DNA of 64,000 bases from NCBI GenBank assembly GCA_964016885.1, contig OZ024742.1, positions 12,090,001-12,154,000 on the forward strand, read 5' to 3'. Below the pieces are notes generated by a model. The model searched no databases, was not told the origin of the DNA, and saw only the letters and a program-made list of their open reading frames with translations. The position numbers and the translations under genes are program-made. This DNA is from Eledone cirrhosa (Eukaryota). This document shows, one piece after another, positions 14,932 through 29,186 of this stretch (position 1 is its first letter; every line of letters begins with the position of its first letter).

Positions 14932-15547
14932 AACATAAATTATCGAGAATCGCATTTCGGCCCACGAAATAACGAAAAACAACCTCCGAGATGTGTGGCA
15001 AGTGCCAGATGATTCAGATGAACCAGAGCAATAACAAACCTTAAAGGCCCAACACACTGAGACGATGGTTAGACAATCATTCGCATACCCAAAAAAACGA
15101 TCAAGTAATCCGGGTATTGAAAATTTACCCGGACCCCTGGAAGGTTGGTAAAATCCAGTATTTGGGTTTCTGCGGCTCCAAAATCAAGTACCGTCCGCTT
15201 ACATAAATAATGTCAGGCTTCTGGTAAGATGATTCAACAAGGAAGCCACTTTCTCAACAGGTTTTAGTTCAATGTTAATACAAGGATTGACTATTGCTGA
15301 CTCCACGTGGGGATCGGCAAGGGAGGCAACCCCTATATCAGGCGAATCAATTCAGTTGTGTATATTTTTGCAAGAATGCAAAAACATCACAAATCGAATA
15401 GAGTTCTCAACAGAAGGGTTAATATTAACATAAGCTATTCATCAGTCAATAGAATCAACTAAAAAATCAAGAAAATTAACTGGTCAATAGCTAGAGTCTG
15501 GAGATAAATATAAACATAAATTATCGAGATTCGCATTTCGGCCCACG

Positions 15548-15550
<3 letters not shown>
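14931..15550. mobile_element. (TA)n-flanked element with ~581-bp period terminal redundancy
   Basis: AAACATAAATTATCGAGA(A/T)TCGCATTTCGGCCCACGAAAT at 14931 and 15512. Homologue at 11810-12322. Confidence 0.8.
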
Positions 15551-15595
<45 letters not shown>

Positions 15596-15599
15596 GAAG

Positions 15600-15812
15600 G
15601 ATCGATCGACTTTCGTCAAATCGGACCGAGTAAACAATGTTTCCGTTGGTCTTTCCAGTTGCTAGTACTATCTATCGGTCGCAACTCCAGGTAGAAGGAG
15701 CAACGTGAAGTAAAGTGTCTTGCTCAAAAACATAACGCATCGCCTGGTCCGGGTAGCGATTTCAACCTCAAGATGGTGAATCCAATTCTCTAACCACTAA
15801 GCCACACGCCAC
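15600..15812 (-). mobile_element. tRNA-derived SINE-like repeat (copy at 42283-42460 on +)
   Basis: Minus strand: GTGTGGCTTAGTGGTTAG...GGACCAGGCGATGCGTTATG..TTGAGCAAGACACTTTA..CACGTTGCTCC...CTGGAAAGACCAACGG. Confidence 0.75.
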
Positions 15813-15819
15813 CATATAG

Positions 15820-16360
15820 ATGGTGGTAGTGGTGGTAGTGGTGGTGGTGATGGTGGAGTGGTGATGGTGGTAGTGGTGGTGGTAATGGTGGTAGTGGTGG
15901 TGATGGTGGAGTGGTGATGGTGGTAGTGGTGGTAGTGGTGGTGGTAATGGTGGAGTGGTGATGGTGGTAGTGGTGATGGTGGTAGTGGTGGTGGTGGTGG
16001 TAGTGGTGGTAGTGGTGGTGGTGGTAGTGGCGGTGGTAGTGGTGGTAGTGGTGGTGGTGGTAGTGGTGGTAGTGGTGGTGGTGGTAGTGGTGGTGGTGGT
16101 GGTGGTGGTAGTGGCGGTGGTAGTGGTGGTAGTAGTGGTGGTGGTAGTGGTGGTGGTGGTGGTAGTGGCGGTGGTAGTGGTGGTAGTGGTGGTGGTAGTG
16201 GTGGTGGTGGTGGTGTTAGTGGCGGTGGTATCGGTGGTAGTGGTGGTGGTGGTGTGGTAGTGGTGGTGGTGGTGATGGTGGTGGTAGTGGTGGTGGTGAT
16301 GGTGTTAGTGGCGGTGGTAGTGGTGGTAGTGGTGGTGATGGTAGTAGTGGTGTGGTGGGG
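15820..16360. repeat. (GGT)n / (GGTGGTAGT)n simple repeat
   Basis: Direct inspection. Confidence 0.95.
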
Positions 16361-16652
16361 TGTTTCAATGTACATGCACACAGGGACAAAATAGAGATAT
16401 AATTACATCTATAATGACATCTGGAGAGTGTGAAAGTAATTTGAGAGAAAGTATAGTTTCCTAAACTTATTTAACTATCATGTAATATTCATAGTTGAAA
16501 TAATTGAAATCCTCTCAGTGGTTGTTCAACATGTACACCCCAGCTGTTAGCAAATCTATTCCCTCGCCTCCAGGCTTACTCTCAATCATATCAATGATAT
16601 CTAGAATGTAGAGCGTCACCGCATACTACTATCACTTTATATTGGGTTATTA

Positions 16653-16748
<96 letters not shown>

Positions 16749-16858
16749 ATAATAATAAATTTGAAGACTAAAATCCAAAGAGGGCTCGTCTTCCTGTCTT
16801 CCTCCGGTTGCAACGTTTTTTGAAATATTCACTTCTACGTTCACAGATTGACTTTGTT

Positions 16859-16909
16859 AGTTTCAGAAGATCCCGTTAAGGGTGAAAGCAGCGATTCTTT
16901 GCTTAAACT
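16859..16909 (+). ncRNA. Hammerhead-like motif with variant core CAGAAGA (U4A)
   Basis: AGTTT-CAGAAGA-tCCC-GTTAA-GGGt-GAAA-GCAG-cgattct-TTGC-TT^AAACT. Copies at 38172-38222 (+) and 45631-45679 (-). Confidence 0.7.
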
Positions 16910-16944
16910 TTATCTGTTATTTTAATAAATATATATATATATAA

Positions 16945-17044
<100 letters not shown>

Positions 17045-17101
17045 GGTAATTCTGAAGGAAAAGCCAATGAAAAGAGAGTGCTCTATGTATGGAACAGAGC
17101 T

Positions 17102-17276
17102 ATTTCATTAGAAAGTGAACAACACAAAATATAACTACTCCATTACCAAAGGTTTCTGGATCCCAGACGATAATAATATATATGTCTGGATCCAGACGTA
17201 CATTATTATTGTCTGGTATCCAGAAACCTTTGGTAATGGAGTAGTTATATTTTGTGTTGTTCACTTTCTAATGAAA

Positions 17277-17277
<1 letters not shown>
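17102..17277. repeat. Palindrome whose arms carry an HHR 3' half
   Basis: Arms 17102-17160 and 17219-17277, centre GGATCC ~17190. The right arm reads TCCA-GAAA-CC-TTT-GG-TA-ATGGAG. Confidence 0.85.
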
Positions 17278-17374
<97 letters not shown>

Positions 17375-17389
17375 TGTGTGTGTGTGTAT

Positions 17390-17430
17390 GTGTATTCATA
17401 TGTATAACTATATGTATATGATTGTCTGTC

Positions 17431-17469
<39 letters not shown>

Positions 17470-17504
17470 TCATATGTATAACTATATGTATATGACTGTC
17501 TGTC

Positions 17505-17561
<57 letters not shown>

Positions 17562-17730
17562 TCATATGTATAACTATATGTATATGACTGTCTGTCTGTC
17601 TGTGTGTGTGTGTGTGTGTGTATGTGTATTCATATGTATAAATATATGTATATGACTGATTGTCTGTCTGTGTGTGTGAGTGTGTATGTGTATGTGTATT
17701 CATATGTATAACTATATGTATATGACTGTC

Positions 17731-17770
<40 letters not shown>

Positions 17771-17940
17771 TGTATTCATATGTATAACTATATGTATATG
17801 ACTGTCTGTCTGTCTGTGTGTGTGGGTGTGTGTGTGTGTGTGTGTATTCATATGTATAACTATATGTATATGACTGTCTGTCTGTCTGTGTGTGTGTGTG
17901 TATGTGTATTCATATGTATAACTATATGTATATGACTGTC

Positions 17941-17975
<35 letters not shown>

Positions 17976-18010
17976 TCATATGTATAACTATATGTATATG
18001 ACTGTCTGTC

Positions 18011-18081
<71 letters not shown>

Positions 18082-18184
18082 TCATATGTATAACTATATG
18101 TATATGACTGTCTGTCTGTCTGTGTGTGTGTGTGTGTGTGTATGTGTATTCATATGTATAACTATATGTATATGACTGTCTGTC

Positions 18185-18215
<31 letters not shown>

Positions 18216-18396
18216 ATTCATACGTATAACTATATGTATATGACTGTCTGTCTGTCTGTGTGTGTGTATTCATATGTATAACTATATGTATATGACTGTC
18301 TGTCTGTCTGTGTGTCTGTGTGTGTGTGTGTGTGTGAGTGTGTGTGTGTGTGTGTGTATGTGTATTCATATGTATAAATATATGTATATGACTGTC

Positions 18397-18427
<31 letters not shown>

Positions 18428-18464
18428 ATTCATATGTATAACTATATGTATATGACTATCTGTC

Positions 18465-18509
<45 letters not shown>

Positions 18510-19244
18510 TCATATGTATAACTATATGTATATGACTGTCTGTCTGTCTGTGTGTGTGAGTGTGTGTGTGTGTGTGTATTCATATGTATAACTATATGTA
18601 TATGACTGTCTGTCTGTGTGTGTGTGTGTGTGTGTGAGTGTGTGTGTGTATGTCTATTCATATGTATAAATATATGTATATGACTGTCTGTCAGTCTGTG
18701 TGAGGGAGTGTGTGTGTGTGTGTGTATTCATATGTATAACTATATGTATATGACTGTCTGTCTGTCTGTGTGTGTGAGTGTGTGTGTGTGTGTGTATTCA
18801 TATGTATAACTATATGTATATGACTGTCTGTCTGTGTGTGTGTGTGAGTGTGTGTGTGTGTGTGTATGTGTATTCATATGTATAACTATATGTATATGAC
18901 TGTCTGTCTGTCTGTGTGAGTGAGTGTGTGTGTGTGTGTATTCATATGTATAACTATATGTATAGGACTATCTGTCTGTCTGTGTGTGTGAGTGTGTGTG
19001 TGTGTGTGTATTCATATGTATAACTATATGTATATGACTGTCTGTCTGTGTGTGTGAGTGTGTGTGTGTGTGTGTGTATTCATATGTATAACTATATGTA
19101 TATGACTGTCTGTCTGTCTGTGTGTGTGAGTGTGTGTGTGTGTGTGTATTCATATGTATAACTATATGTATATGACTGTCTGTCTGTGTGTGTGAGTGTG
19201 TGTGTGTGTGTATTCATATGTATAACTATATGTATATGACTGTC

Positions 19245-19291
<47 letters not shown>

Positions 19292-19395
19292 TCATATGTA
19301 TAACTATATGTATATGACTGTCTGTCTGTGTGTGTGAGTGTGTGTGTGTGTGTGTGTATTCATATGTATAACTATATGTATATGACTGTCTGTCT
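17390..19395. repeat. Compound minisatellite: GTATTCATATGTATAACTATATGTATATGACTGTCTGTCT plus variable (GT)n
   Basis: About 30 units with a constant core and variable (GT)n length. Confidence 0.95.
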
Positions 19396-19514
19396 CTGGG
19401 TCTGTTTCTGTGTTTGTCTATCACTATACATTTGTATATCATATATATATATTTAGATTTTTATGTCTAAGCTAAGATGAAGACACACTATATACACACA
19501 CACACAAGCATATA

Positions 19515-19651
<137 letters not shown>

Positions 19652-19962
19652 AAGATACTACCTGTTCGTCTCTTCGAGAAAGTTCACTTCTATAGAACAA
19701 GATATATTGATTACGAAACCATAAAAAATATTTACAATATACAACAAAAAAGCAGGCAACAACGTATTTTTGGTATGTAATGTAGTGAGTGAGACAGAAA
19801 AATATATTCCGACATATAAAAAGACGCATATATAATGATTTATAGCCGCATAAAACCTATATTATTATGGTAATGTGACAATAATATAAATATCTCTATT
19901 TACTTACTTTGTGCCCCACTCATGCCTTCAGTTCAATGTATGGCTGTAGCATAGTGTGGATA

Positions 19963-20056
<94 letters not shown>

Positions 20057-20294
20057 TGTGTGTGTGTGTGTGTGTGTACATATATATGTATATGCGTATG
20101 TATATGTATATATATGTAAATATATACACATATATGAATATATACATATATATACTTCTACATATATATATACATATGTATACGTACATGTAAATATATG
20201 TATATGTGTATATATATGTGTGTGTGTGTCTGTGTATAAATACAGACATATATAGTGTATCTGTATATAGAGTGGATAAAAATATGTGTATATG

Positions 20295-20371
<77 letters not shown>

Positions 20372-20396
20372 ATATAGTGTATAACATACATATAAT

Positions 20397-20588
20397 AATT
20401 GTTTCTACTTTAGGCACAAGGCCAGCACATACCCAGTGCATTACTGGTACTTTATTTTATCGACCCCGTAAGGATGAAAGGCAAAGTTAACCTCGACAGG
20501 ATTTGAGCTCAGATCGTAAAGGAACGTAACTATGCTGGAAAGCATGGCGTCCGACCCTCTACCAATACTGCCAATCCACCGCCCTCCC
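20397..20588 (-). mobile_element. tRNA-derived SINE (family 1), fused downstream of the 5S copy
   Basis: Minus strand: GGCGGTGGATTGGCAGTATTGGTAGAG...GAGCTCAAATCC...GCCTTTCATCCTTACGGGGTCGATAAAATAAAGTACCAG...TGTGCCTAAAGTAGAAACAATTATTAT. Confidence 0.85.
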
Positions 20589-20610
20589 TTTTTTTTTCTT
20601 CTTTTTTTTC

Positions 20611-20728
20611 GCTTACGGCACCTAGGGTTCCCAAGCGGTCACCCATCTAAGTACTAACTAGGCTCGACGCTGCTTAACTTAGGTGATAGGACGAGAACCG
20701 TTGTTTTCAGCGTGATATGTCCGTAAAC
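20611..20728 (-). pseudogene. Full-length (118 nt) 5S rRNA-derived copy followed by an A-rich tract
   Basis: Minus strand: GTTTACGGACATATCACGCTGAAAAC...AAGTTAAGCAGCGTCGAGCCTAGTTAGTACTTAGATGGGTGACCGCTTGGGAACCCTAGGTGCCGTAAGC, matching eukaryotic 5S rRNA. No T-run terminator. Confidence 0.9.
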
Positions 20729-20744
20729 ATAACATACATATAAT

Positions 20745-20898
20745 AATTGTTTCTATTTTAGGCACAAGGCCAGCAATTACCCTGTACATTACTGGTACTT
20801 TATTTTATCGACCTCGTAAGGATGAAAGGCAAAGTTAACCTCGGCGGGATTTGAACTCAAATCATAAAGGGACGTAACTCTATGCTTCAAAGCATGGT
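20745..20898 (-). mobile_element. 5'-truncated tRNA-derived SINE (family 1)
   Basis: Near-duplicate of ~20397-20545. Confidence 0.85.
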
Positions 20899-21026
20899 AT
20901 ACACTTACATATAGATGGACTCACACATACACGTATGCATACATAAATATATATACATATTTCATGTTCTATTAAATAACATATATAAACACACATGTAC
21001 ACATACACGCACATGCGTACGTATTT

Positions 21027-21132
<106 letters not shown>

Positions 21133-21878
21133 GAGAGAGAGAGAGAAGGAGAGAGAAGCGCGTGAGGCGGGGTTGAATGTGGGGAGGGGGTAGTGAAAGA
21201 GACAGAGAGAAAGAAGGTGAAGCAGTAACGAAGAAATTTGTTACAGAATACGATAGAACGAAAAAAAAATATTACTCATAATATTTCAAAACCATTCAAG
21301 AGAAAAAAGTCTATACAGAAAAACGAAGAAACGCATCATAAAATAATATATTCTGATTTGACCACGTGACATTTACGATAGTACTATGATTATATAGCCT
21401 CGTAGCCGAAGAATGATGGCAAAGGAAACATTGACAGACGACTGTCAATATGGATTCTTTGACATTTTCTATTCTCAAACTAACAAGTTCTCTGTTTATA
21501 GGTGAAAGTGGAGCCTGATTAGATTTGCTTTGCTTTAGAAAAGACATCACTGCAAGAAAGTTTCACTCAGCAACCTTTGTGTAGTTCTGTCTCTCTATAT
21601 ACTTAAATGTATGTCGTTCTGTCTCTCTATATACTTAAATGTATGTAGTTCTGCAAACAGCACGGACACTCTATCTCAAAATTATTTTTGAAAAGCATTT
21701 AGAAATGCGCAACCGGTAAAAACTTGAAAACTTAAAACCACAACTGAATACTAACCCATACAATCACTAATACTCTTTTATTCCTAATTAAACCATTTTT
21801 CAACTGTGAACAATTTGTCAGCATTTTCTATTCCGTTTACCAATATATAATAACTTGTGTGTTACACCTCTATTCTTT

Positions 21879-21969
<91 letters not shown>

Positions 21970-21973
<4 letters not shown>

Positions 21974-22292
21974 CAATATGTGTAGTTCTCCTGTATATAT
22001 ATATCAATGTGTGTAGCTCTCCTATATATATATTAATGTATGTAGCTCTCCTGTATATATATCTATGTGTGTAGCTCTCCTGTAGTATATATATCAATGT
22101 GTGTAGCTCTCCTGTATATATATCAATGTGTGTATCTCTCCTGTATATATATATATATATCAATGTGTGTAGCTCTCATGTATATATATCAATGTGTGTA
22201 GCTCTCCTATATATATAGCAATGTGTGTAGTTCTCCTGTATATATATCAATGTGTGTAGCTCTCCTGTATATATATCTATGTATGTAGCCCT

Positions 22293-22327
<35 letters not shown>

Positions 22328-22420
22328 ATGTGTGTAGCTCTCCTGTATATATATCTATGTGTGTAGCTCTCCTATATATACTTATCAATGTATGTAGCTC
22401 TCCTGTGTATATATATATCA
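21970..22420. repeat. ~28-bp minisatellite (ATATCAATGTGTGTAGCTCTCCTGTAT...)
   Basis: About 14 degenerate units. Confidence 0.9.
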
Positions 22421-22892
22421 ATGTGTGTATGTGTGCCATCATGTCAGAATCTCTCTCTTTATATATGTATATGTAAGTATGTATATATGTATATATATAT
22501 GTGTGTGTGTGTATGTATGTATTTGTATGTGTATGTATGTATGTATTTATATGTGTGTATATGTATGTATTTGTATGTGTATGTATGTATGTATTTATAT
22601 GTGTGTATATGTATGTAGTTCTATGTGTGTGTATATGTGTGCATATATGTGTGTATATATATATATATATGTGTATATGTGTGTATATGTGTGTATATGT
22701 GTGTATGTGTGTATGTGTGTGTGTATATATATATGTGTGTATATGTGTGTATATATGTGTATGTGTGAGTGTATGTGTGTATACACATATAAATGTGATC
22801 ATCTATATGTGTCTGTTTTGTTCACTTTTAATAACGAGTGAGTGCGTTTGGCTGTGTGTATGTCTGATTATATTGTGGGTTTATATAAATAA

Positions 22893-22995
<103 letters not shown>

Positions 22996-22997
22996 TA

Positions 22998-23467
22998 TAC
23001 AATATATTAACAAATGTAAACTATATTTATAAAACCATATTTATTTTATTATACATATTTCAAGGGCCAACAAGGCAAATTATGGTGCGCTCTCATCGGA
23101 TAAAATACAATGCAGATTTGTTTTATAAATAAATATTGACATACCCTGAAAAAAGACAACCTTAACGGTTGGAGCTTCCTGGATAGTCCAGTCTAGGAAG
23201 CTCCAACTGTTAAGGTTGTCTTTTTTCAGGGTATGTCAATATTTTTTTATAAAACAAATCTGCATTGTATTTTATCCGAGGAGAGCCAACCGTAATTTGC
23301 CTTGGTGGCCCTTGAAATATGTATAATAAAATAAATATGGTTTTATAAATATAGTTTCCATTTGTTAATATATTGTTTATTAACTCCACTAAACTGTTGA
23401 GTGCTTTATATCAGTTATAAAAATGTTTATTCTTGTTGAATCCCAATAAATTAAATATAACCTCTGC
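22998..23467. mobile_element. Palindromic PLE/retrozyme-like insert with head-to-head HHR motifs (23042-23107 on -, 23268-23333 on +; cores CCGATGA and CCGAGGA)
   Basis: Arms of ~180 bp centred on the hairpin CTGGATAGTCCAG ~23185. Same family as 10690-10830 and 46462-46890. Confidence 0.85.
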
Positions 23468-23554
23468 ATACATATATATATATATATATATGTCCCAAGG
23501 CTCTGATACCATCAACACTATAAACACAGAGCTGGAATATTTAAGGACTGACTA

Positions 23555-23610
23555 ACTGCCTGACGAGGTCATAGCCATTCAATGGCTATCATCGAAATAT
23601 ATATAGCAGT
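23555..23610 (+). ncRNA. Type I hammerhead ribozyme motif, complete
   Basis: ACTGC-CTGACGA-GGTcATAGCCAT-tca-ATGGCTATcATC-GAAA-TATATA-TA^GCAGT. Near-identical copy at 31100-31155 (-). Confidence 0.9.
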
Positions 23611-23651
23611 AAATAAAGGATTATGAGTTCATGCAATTGACTTATGTTTCG

Positions 23652-23709
<58 letters not shown>

Positions 23710-23849
23710 GACATATACATATATATGTACATATATAAATTAACTTTAGGTTTAATCAATACCTATAAAATATATATCGATAATGTTTCTCAGTACAAAA
23801 CTCACTTCTGTCTATGTAAGCACAGCACAACTTTAATGTAAGTACAACA

Positions 23850-24330
23850 TAATTTCAACACTTAATTTTCTGATCTGGTTATTCCCTGCTTCACATTTGA
23901 TATAGTGCTGTAATTACTTGGACATTTGCTGGTTGTTATTCTTTCTACCATATACCACTCTACCAAACATGATGAAACATTGTTTTCATGTCAATGAAGT
24001 TATGATAGATGTGCCGCAGTCTCTTGGTACTAATTTTACTCCTCAATCCTGCCTGTTCTTCTCAAAAGATTTCTGTACCCTTCCCATAAATCTATTTAAA
24101 ATACTTAGCATTACTTTACTATTTTATACATTGGTTACTACATTGGTTAATACTACGAACTTAGTCAGTCCATTCGGTGTACACTTCATTACTTAAATAT
24201 ATGTCATATCAGCAAAGTAATTTTAAAACTCTCTCAACTTAACTTCGGCATAGCTTTAATATCCCAGACTTTTACAACGTCTACAGTAATTTCTATTGGT
24301 CTTGTGCGCATCGTGTATTTTGTAAATTTC
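23850..24330 (-). pseudogene. Highly decayed LINE reverse transcriptase fragment (RTE-like)
   Basis: Minus-strand peptides in the expected order across frameshifts: SKVMLSILNR (24091-24120), EEQAGLR (~24041-24061) and YHNFIDMKTMFHHVW (~23963-24007). Confidence 0.7.
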
Positions 24331-24427
24331 CGGTTTCTCTTGTTATCCACATCCGTCTGTTTAATCGGGTGTTATTTGTATATTGTTGTTGAATAAATAA
24401 TGAATATTATATATATATATATACATG

Positions 24428-24512
<85 letters not shown>

Positions 24513-24676
24513 GTATTTTACTCAATATGTTTATTGTTGATTCATTATCCAGAGCGTGTATCCACTTGTTTTCAATGTGACGTATCAATATTTGTATTTG
24601 TGGTTACATATTTATTGATTTCTACCTTTCTTAAAATATTGATTACATGTAGTTTTTCTTATTATCTAACGTATGA

Positions 24677-24792
24677 GGACGGTAGATTGAAATCGGTAGA
24701 GTACCGGACAACACGCTTCACATCATAGAGTTGTGGATCTTTAAGTTCTGAGTTCAAGTCACTTAGAAGTTAGTTTCGTCGTTCATCCTTAC
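24677..24792 (+). mobile_element. Degenerate tRNA-derived SINE (family 1) followed by (GAA)n at ~24826-24918
   Basis: AATCGGTAGAG...CTGAGTTCAAGTC...TTCATCCTT. Confidence 0.6.
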
Positions 24793-25267
24793 CTTTAATT
24801 AATGGAAGAAGAAGAAGAAGAAGAAGAAGAAGAAGAAGAAGAAGAAGAAGAAGAAGAAGAAGAAGAAGAAGAAGAAGAAGAAGAAGAAGAAGAAGAAGAA
24901 GAAGAAGAAGAAGAAGAAAAGAAAGAAAGTTACGTTAGATTCCGATGTTCAGTACACAAAATCTCCTTACATCACTTATATAACACTACAATACTTGAAA
25001 TAAATTAGAACAAGGCAAGTGGTAGTTAATAATGTATTGCGAAAGGTAATTGATGAGAAAAGACAACCTAAGAAACGATGTAATAACAACAAAAAGATGT
25101 CATCAGAAAGAAATATAACAAAACATAGATATGTGTTTTGTATGAAGAAACGTAAAACACATTTACAGCTTTTCTATTATATCTCTGAGCCAAATGACTT
25201 CTATTAAGGTTTTGGTTGTTTTCCTAATCCTAGTCATTTATTATTGTCATTATATATCCTTACTTCT

Positions 25268-25960
<693 letters not shown>

Positions 25961-26166
25961 ATGTAACAACAAAAGCAGAAAAAGTGAAAAACAACACCAG
26001 TTGTATCAGAAAAAAACAACAGATTTCCTCCTCCTCTACCACCTAAGCGACAACAGTTCCAACCGTAATGGAAACTGTATGCCATATTTACTTTACAATA
26101 AATATTATATATATATATATTTATATATTTATATATATAGTCTTTCTCTGTCTCTCTCCCTTTTGA

Positions 26167-26199
<33 letters not shown>

Positions 26200-26261
26200 C
26201 TCCCACATGTACCTATTGTATGTTGGATAATGGTTTCTTATTTGGAGAGTGGAAAGTTGAT

Positions 26262-26402
26262 TAAATCGACCCTAGTGGGTGATATCGACCCCGTAAGGAT
26301 GAAAGGCAAAGTTAACCTCGGCGGGATTTGAACTCAGATCATAAACAGCCTTAGCTCTGTGCTGCAAAGCATGGCGTCCGACCCTCTACCGATACTGCCA
26401 AC
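26262..26402 (-). mobile_element. tRNA-derived SINE (family 1)
   Basis: Matches ~20460-20575. Confidence 0.85.
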
Positions 26403-27056
26403 CCAACACATTCGTCCAAACCCTGCAAACTAAGGTATTATACAAACAAACATCCCTATACGGGATATTTGTGAAAACATTTGAAGGCTTTTCGGTATGA
26501 TGTTTTAATATTGAGACAATCGTCACACCTAGCCTCTGTAAAGACAAGAGGAAGTAATAGACGATGCTATCGTTTCTCACTTATTAGCGTTTATCGAGAC
26601 TACATATCCTTGTTTTTGCTGCAATAGAGTCCAGTTAAGTACTAAGGTTGATTCTATGGTCTATATCGTCAGCTAAACATTCGCAGTATTGTGATTTTGT
26701 TACAATTGAATAAATAACTATTATGAAATTATTTTGGTGTCAGAAACGCGAGCCAACCAATATTCACAGACCATAATTCATATTTCATTTTTAAAAAACG
26801 TGAGGCGTGATTTTCTTTTTCTTTCACTGTTTGGGTGCCGATAATATAGAGAAACAACTGTTGTTGTTCTTCTTGCTGTTGTTTAGCCCCTGGTTAGTCG
26901 TGATCAAGCAGATGTACCGTCATATACATTTCAACCGATAGACTACATATTTCAGATAGAGCTTATCCACAGTATCTAGAAACACACATTACCCAATGTC
27001 TTTCCATTATGAAGATAATAAAGTTGTGACTGGGGGATATTTCTGTTGCTTCTTCG

Positions 27057-28355
27057 AACAGATATATCTAACATGTAGCAGGTCACTTGGTAGTCAATAA
27101 GTGGTGGTGTAACAGATATATCTAACATGTAGCAGGTCACTTGGTAGTCAATTACTGGTGGTGTAACAGATATAGCTAACATGTAGCAGGTCACTTGGTA
27201 GTCAATTACTGGTGGTGTAACAGATATATCTAACATGTAGCAGGTCACTTGGTAGTCAATTAGTGGTGGTGTAACAGATATAGCTAACATGTAGCAGGTC
27301 ACTTATCCAACATGTAGCAGGTCACTTGGTAGTCAATTACTGATGGTGTAACAGATATAGCTAACATGTAGCAGGTCACTTGGTAGTCAATTATTGGTGG
27401 TGTAACAGATATAGCTAACATGTAGCAGGTCACTTGGCAGTTAATTATTGGTGGTGTAACAGATATAGCTAACATGTAGCAGGTCACTTGGTAGTCAATT
27501 ATTGGTGGTGTAACAGATATATTTAACATGTAGCAGGTCACTTGGTAGTCAATTACTGATGGTGTAACAGATATAGCTAACATATAGCAGGTCACTTGGT
27601 AGTCAATTAGTGGTGGTGTAACAGATATAGCTAACATGTAGCAGGTCACTTGGTAGTCAATTACTGGTGGTGTAACAGATATATCTAACATGTAGCAGGT
27701 CACTTGGTAGTCAATTAGTGGTCGTGTAACAGATATAGCTAACATGTAGCAGGTCACTTGGTAGTCAATTAGTGGTGGTGTAACAGATATAGCTAACATG
27801 TAGCAGGTCACTTGGTAGTCAATTAGTGGTGGTGTAACAGATATAGCTAACATGTAGCAGGTCACTTGGTAGTCAATTAGTGATGGTGTAACAGATATAG
27901 CTAACATGTAGCAGGTCACTTGGTAGTCAATTAGTGGTGGTGTAACAGATATAGCTAACATGTAGCAGGTCACTTATCCAACATGTAGCAGGTCACTTGG
28001 TAGTCAATTACTGATGGTGTAACAGATATAGCTAACATGTAGCAGGTCACTTGGTAGTCAATTATTGGTGGTGTAACAGATATAGCTAACATGTAGCAGG
28101 TCACTTGGTAGTTAATTATTGGTGGTGTAACAGATATAGCTAACATGTAGCAGGTCACTTGGTAGTCAATTATTGGTGGTGTAACAGATATATCTAACAT
28201 GTAGCAGGTCACTTGGTAGTCAATTAGTGGTGGTGTAACAGATATAGCTAACATGAAGCAGGTCACTTGGTAGTCAATTATTGGTGATGTAACAGATATA
28301 TCCAGCTTGTAGCAGGTCACCTATCCAACATGTAGCTGGTCTTTTGGTAGTCAAA
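27057..28355. repeat. 54-bp minisatellite (TAACAGATATAGCTAACATGTAGCAGGTCACTTGGTAGTCAATTAGTGGTGGTG)
   Basis: About 24 units. Produces the 18-aa repeat ORFs on the minus strand. Confidence 0.97.
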
Positions 28356-29123
28356 TAGTGGAGATGTACAAATTAAACCATTCCATATCAACTCTCTCTC
28401 TCTCTCTACTCTCTCACTCTCTCTCCCTCTCTCTCTCACTCACTCTCTTTCTCTTACTCTCTCCATATATATATATATATACACACTTCCCCAAAATGTA
28501 TGTGCTTTTGTGCTTCTATCAAGAATCATTATTTTTACTTCAATACAAACAAATGTATCAGAAATAAAAGAAAATCCCCCTAAAAATGAAGGAAGCTAAA
28601 ACAAAAAAATTAACAAAGCAGAACTTTAAATGCAATAAATATTATTTAGTTAGAGACGAAAGATTCCAATCTATACAACATTTAGCGTAGAATATTTGCT
28701 TCACTTGACTCCTTGTCTTCTCTCAATTGCCGAACGTAAACAAATTTCAATCTGGTTGCTTACGTTATTGTTGCTTCAGGCAGACATTTTAAGTCGACAG
28801 AAGAATTAGAAATATGAACAAGAAATAGATATGAAAGTGTAAAAAAATATATGGGAGTAATAATGTGCCTGTACACATACATGTGTGTGTGTATAGAGAG
28901 AGAGAGAGGGTGGGGTGGAGGGGTAATGAGTATGTATGTATATTTATATATATATGTATATATATGAATATATAAATACATTTGTATAGATACATAGGCA
29001 TATAAACGGATAGCTACATGTAAATATTTTATACGCACACATCTGCGTATACACGCAGACAAACACACATACATACATACATATATATATATATGTATGT
29101 ACGCATATATATATACATACATA

Positions 29124-29186
<63 letters not shown>

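Noticed and set aside
15797-16381. Proline-rich (formin- or extensin-like) ORF
   Set aside because: Arises from a (GGT)n simple repeat abutting a SINE, with no flanking domain or exon support.
21495-21520. TTTATAG|GTGAAAGTGGAGCC resembling a myosin P-loop exon (GESGA)
   Set aside because: An immediate in-frame stop follows, and there is no further myosin-like sequence.
27057-28355. CRISPR-like array or repeat protein
   Set aside because: Contiguous tandem units without unique spacers, in a eukaryotic context, with ORFs broken by truncated units.
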